64,000 bases of DNA, taken from NCBI GenBank assembly GCA_964035545.1, contig OZ037768.1:18459700-18523699 (forward strand), written 5' to 3'. The notes below the pieces were generated by a model that saw only the letters and a program-made list of their open reading frames with translations, was not told the DNA's origin and made no database searches. Shown here in pieces: positions 63,835 to 64,000 of this stretch. The translations under genes and the position numbers were made by a program. The first letter of the stretch is position 1; every line of letters begins with the position of its first letter. The DNA comes from Bugula neritina (Eukaryota > Animalia > Bryozoa).

Positions 63835-64000
63835 GCAAGTCAAACGCTTGTTCAGAGCTTTATTTCACAGATTCAAGCTAAGTGGAGAGAATAAAAACTG
63901 TATTACATTTCTTTTGCAAATATTTATTATCTTTACAACTAATTGGTTTGTTAGTACAAGTTTATACAATGTTGTGCAAATGTTAGGTGAGGCACCTCTT

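Overview
AT-rich, intron-rich eukaryotic DNA from an invertebrate animal; the taxon cannot be fixed from this window. Splicing by eye (GT-AG sites, phase-consistent) gives five protein genes. (1) clueless/CLUH, minus strand, 16 exons and 840 codons in the window, with the C-terminal part not found in the window. (2) A MUM1/PWWP3-like protein with two PWWP motifs, plus strand, 13 coding exons, 531 aa, head-to-head with CLUH. (3) An inward-rectifier K+ channel, minus strand, 8 coding exons, 538 aa. (4) Mitochondrial aconitase ACO2, minus strand, 15 exons, 785 aa. (5) The 5' part of a transglutaminase, plus strand. Accessory DNA comprises an inverted, fragmented ACO2 pseudogene next to an internally deleted mariner, a 5'-truncated CR1/L2-type LINE, an old RTE LINE, a tRNA-derived SINE and several MITE families. 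Three observations stand out. First, kb-scale blocks of degenerate 6-bp-periodic 'ANT-NNN' DNA, not homologous to one another, flank each inferred TATA-less promoter but not the TATA promoter. Second, a ~75-bp near-perfect copy of a CLUH exon/intron junction sits in an ACO2 intron 43 kb away and forms a potential frame-preserving 48-nt cassette exon. Third, the inverted ACO2 copy has mosaic identity, suggesting ectopic gene conversion and antisense/dsRNA potential. All exon boundaries and identities are manual estimates.
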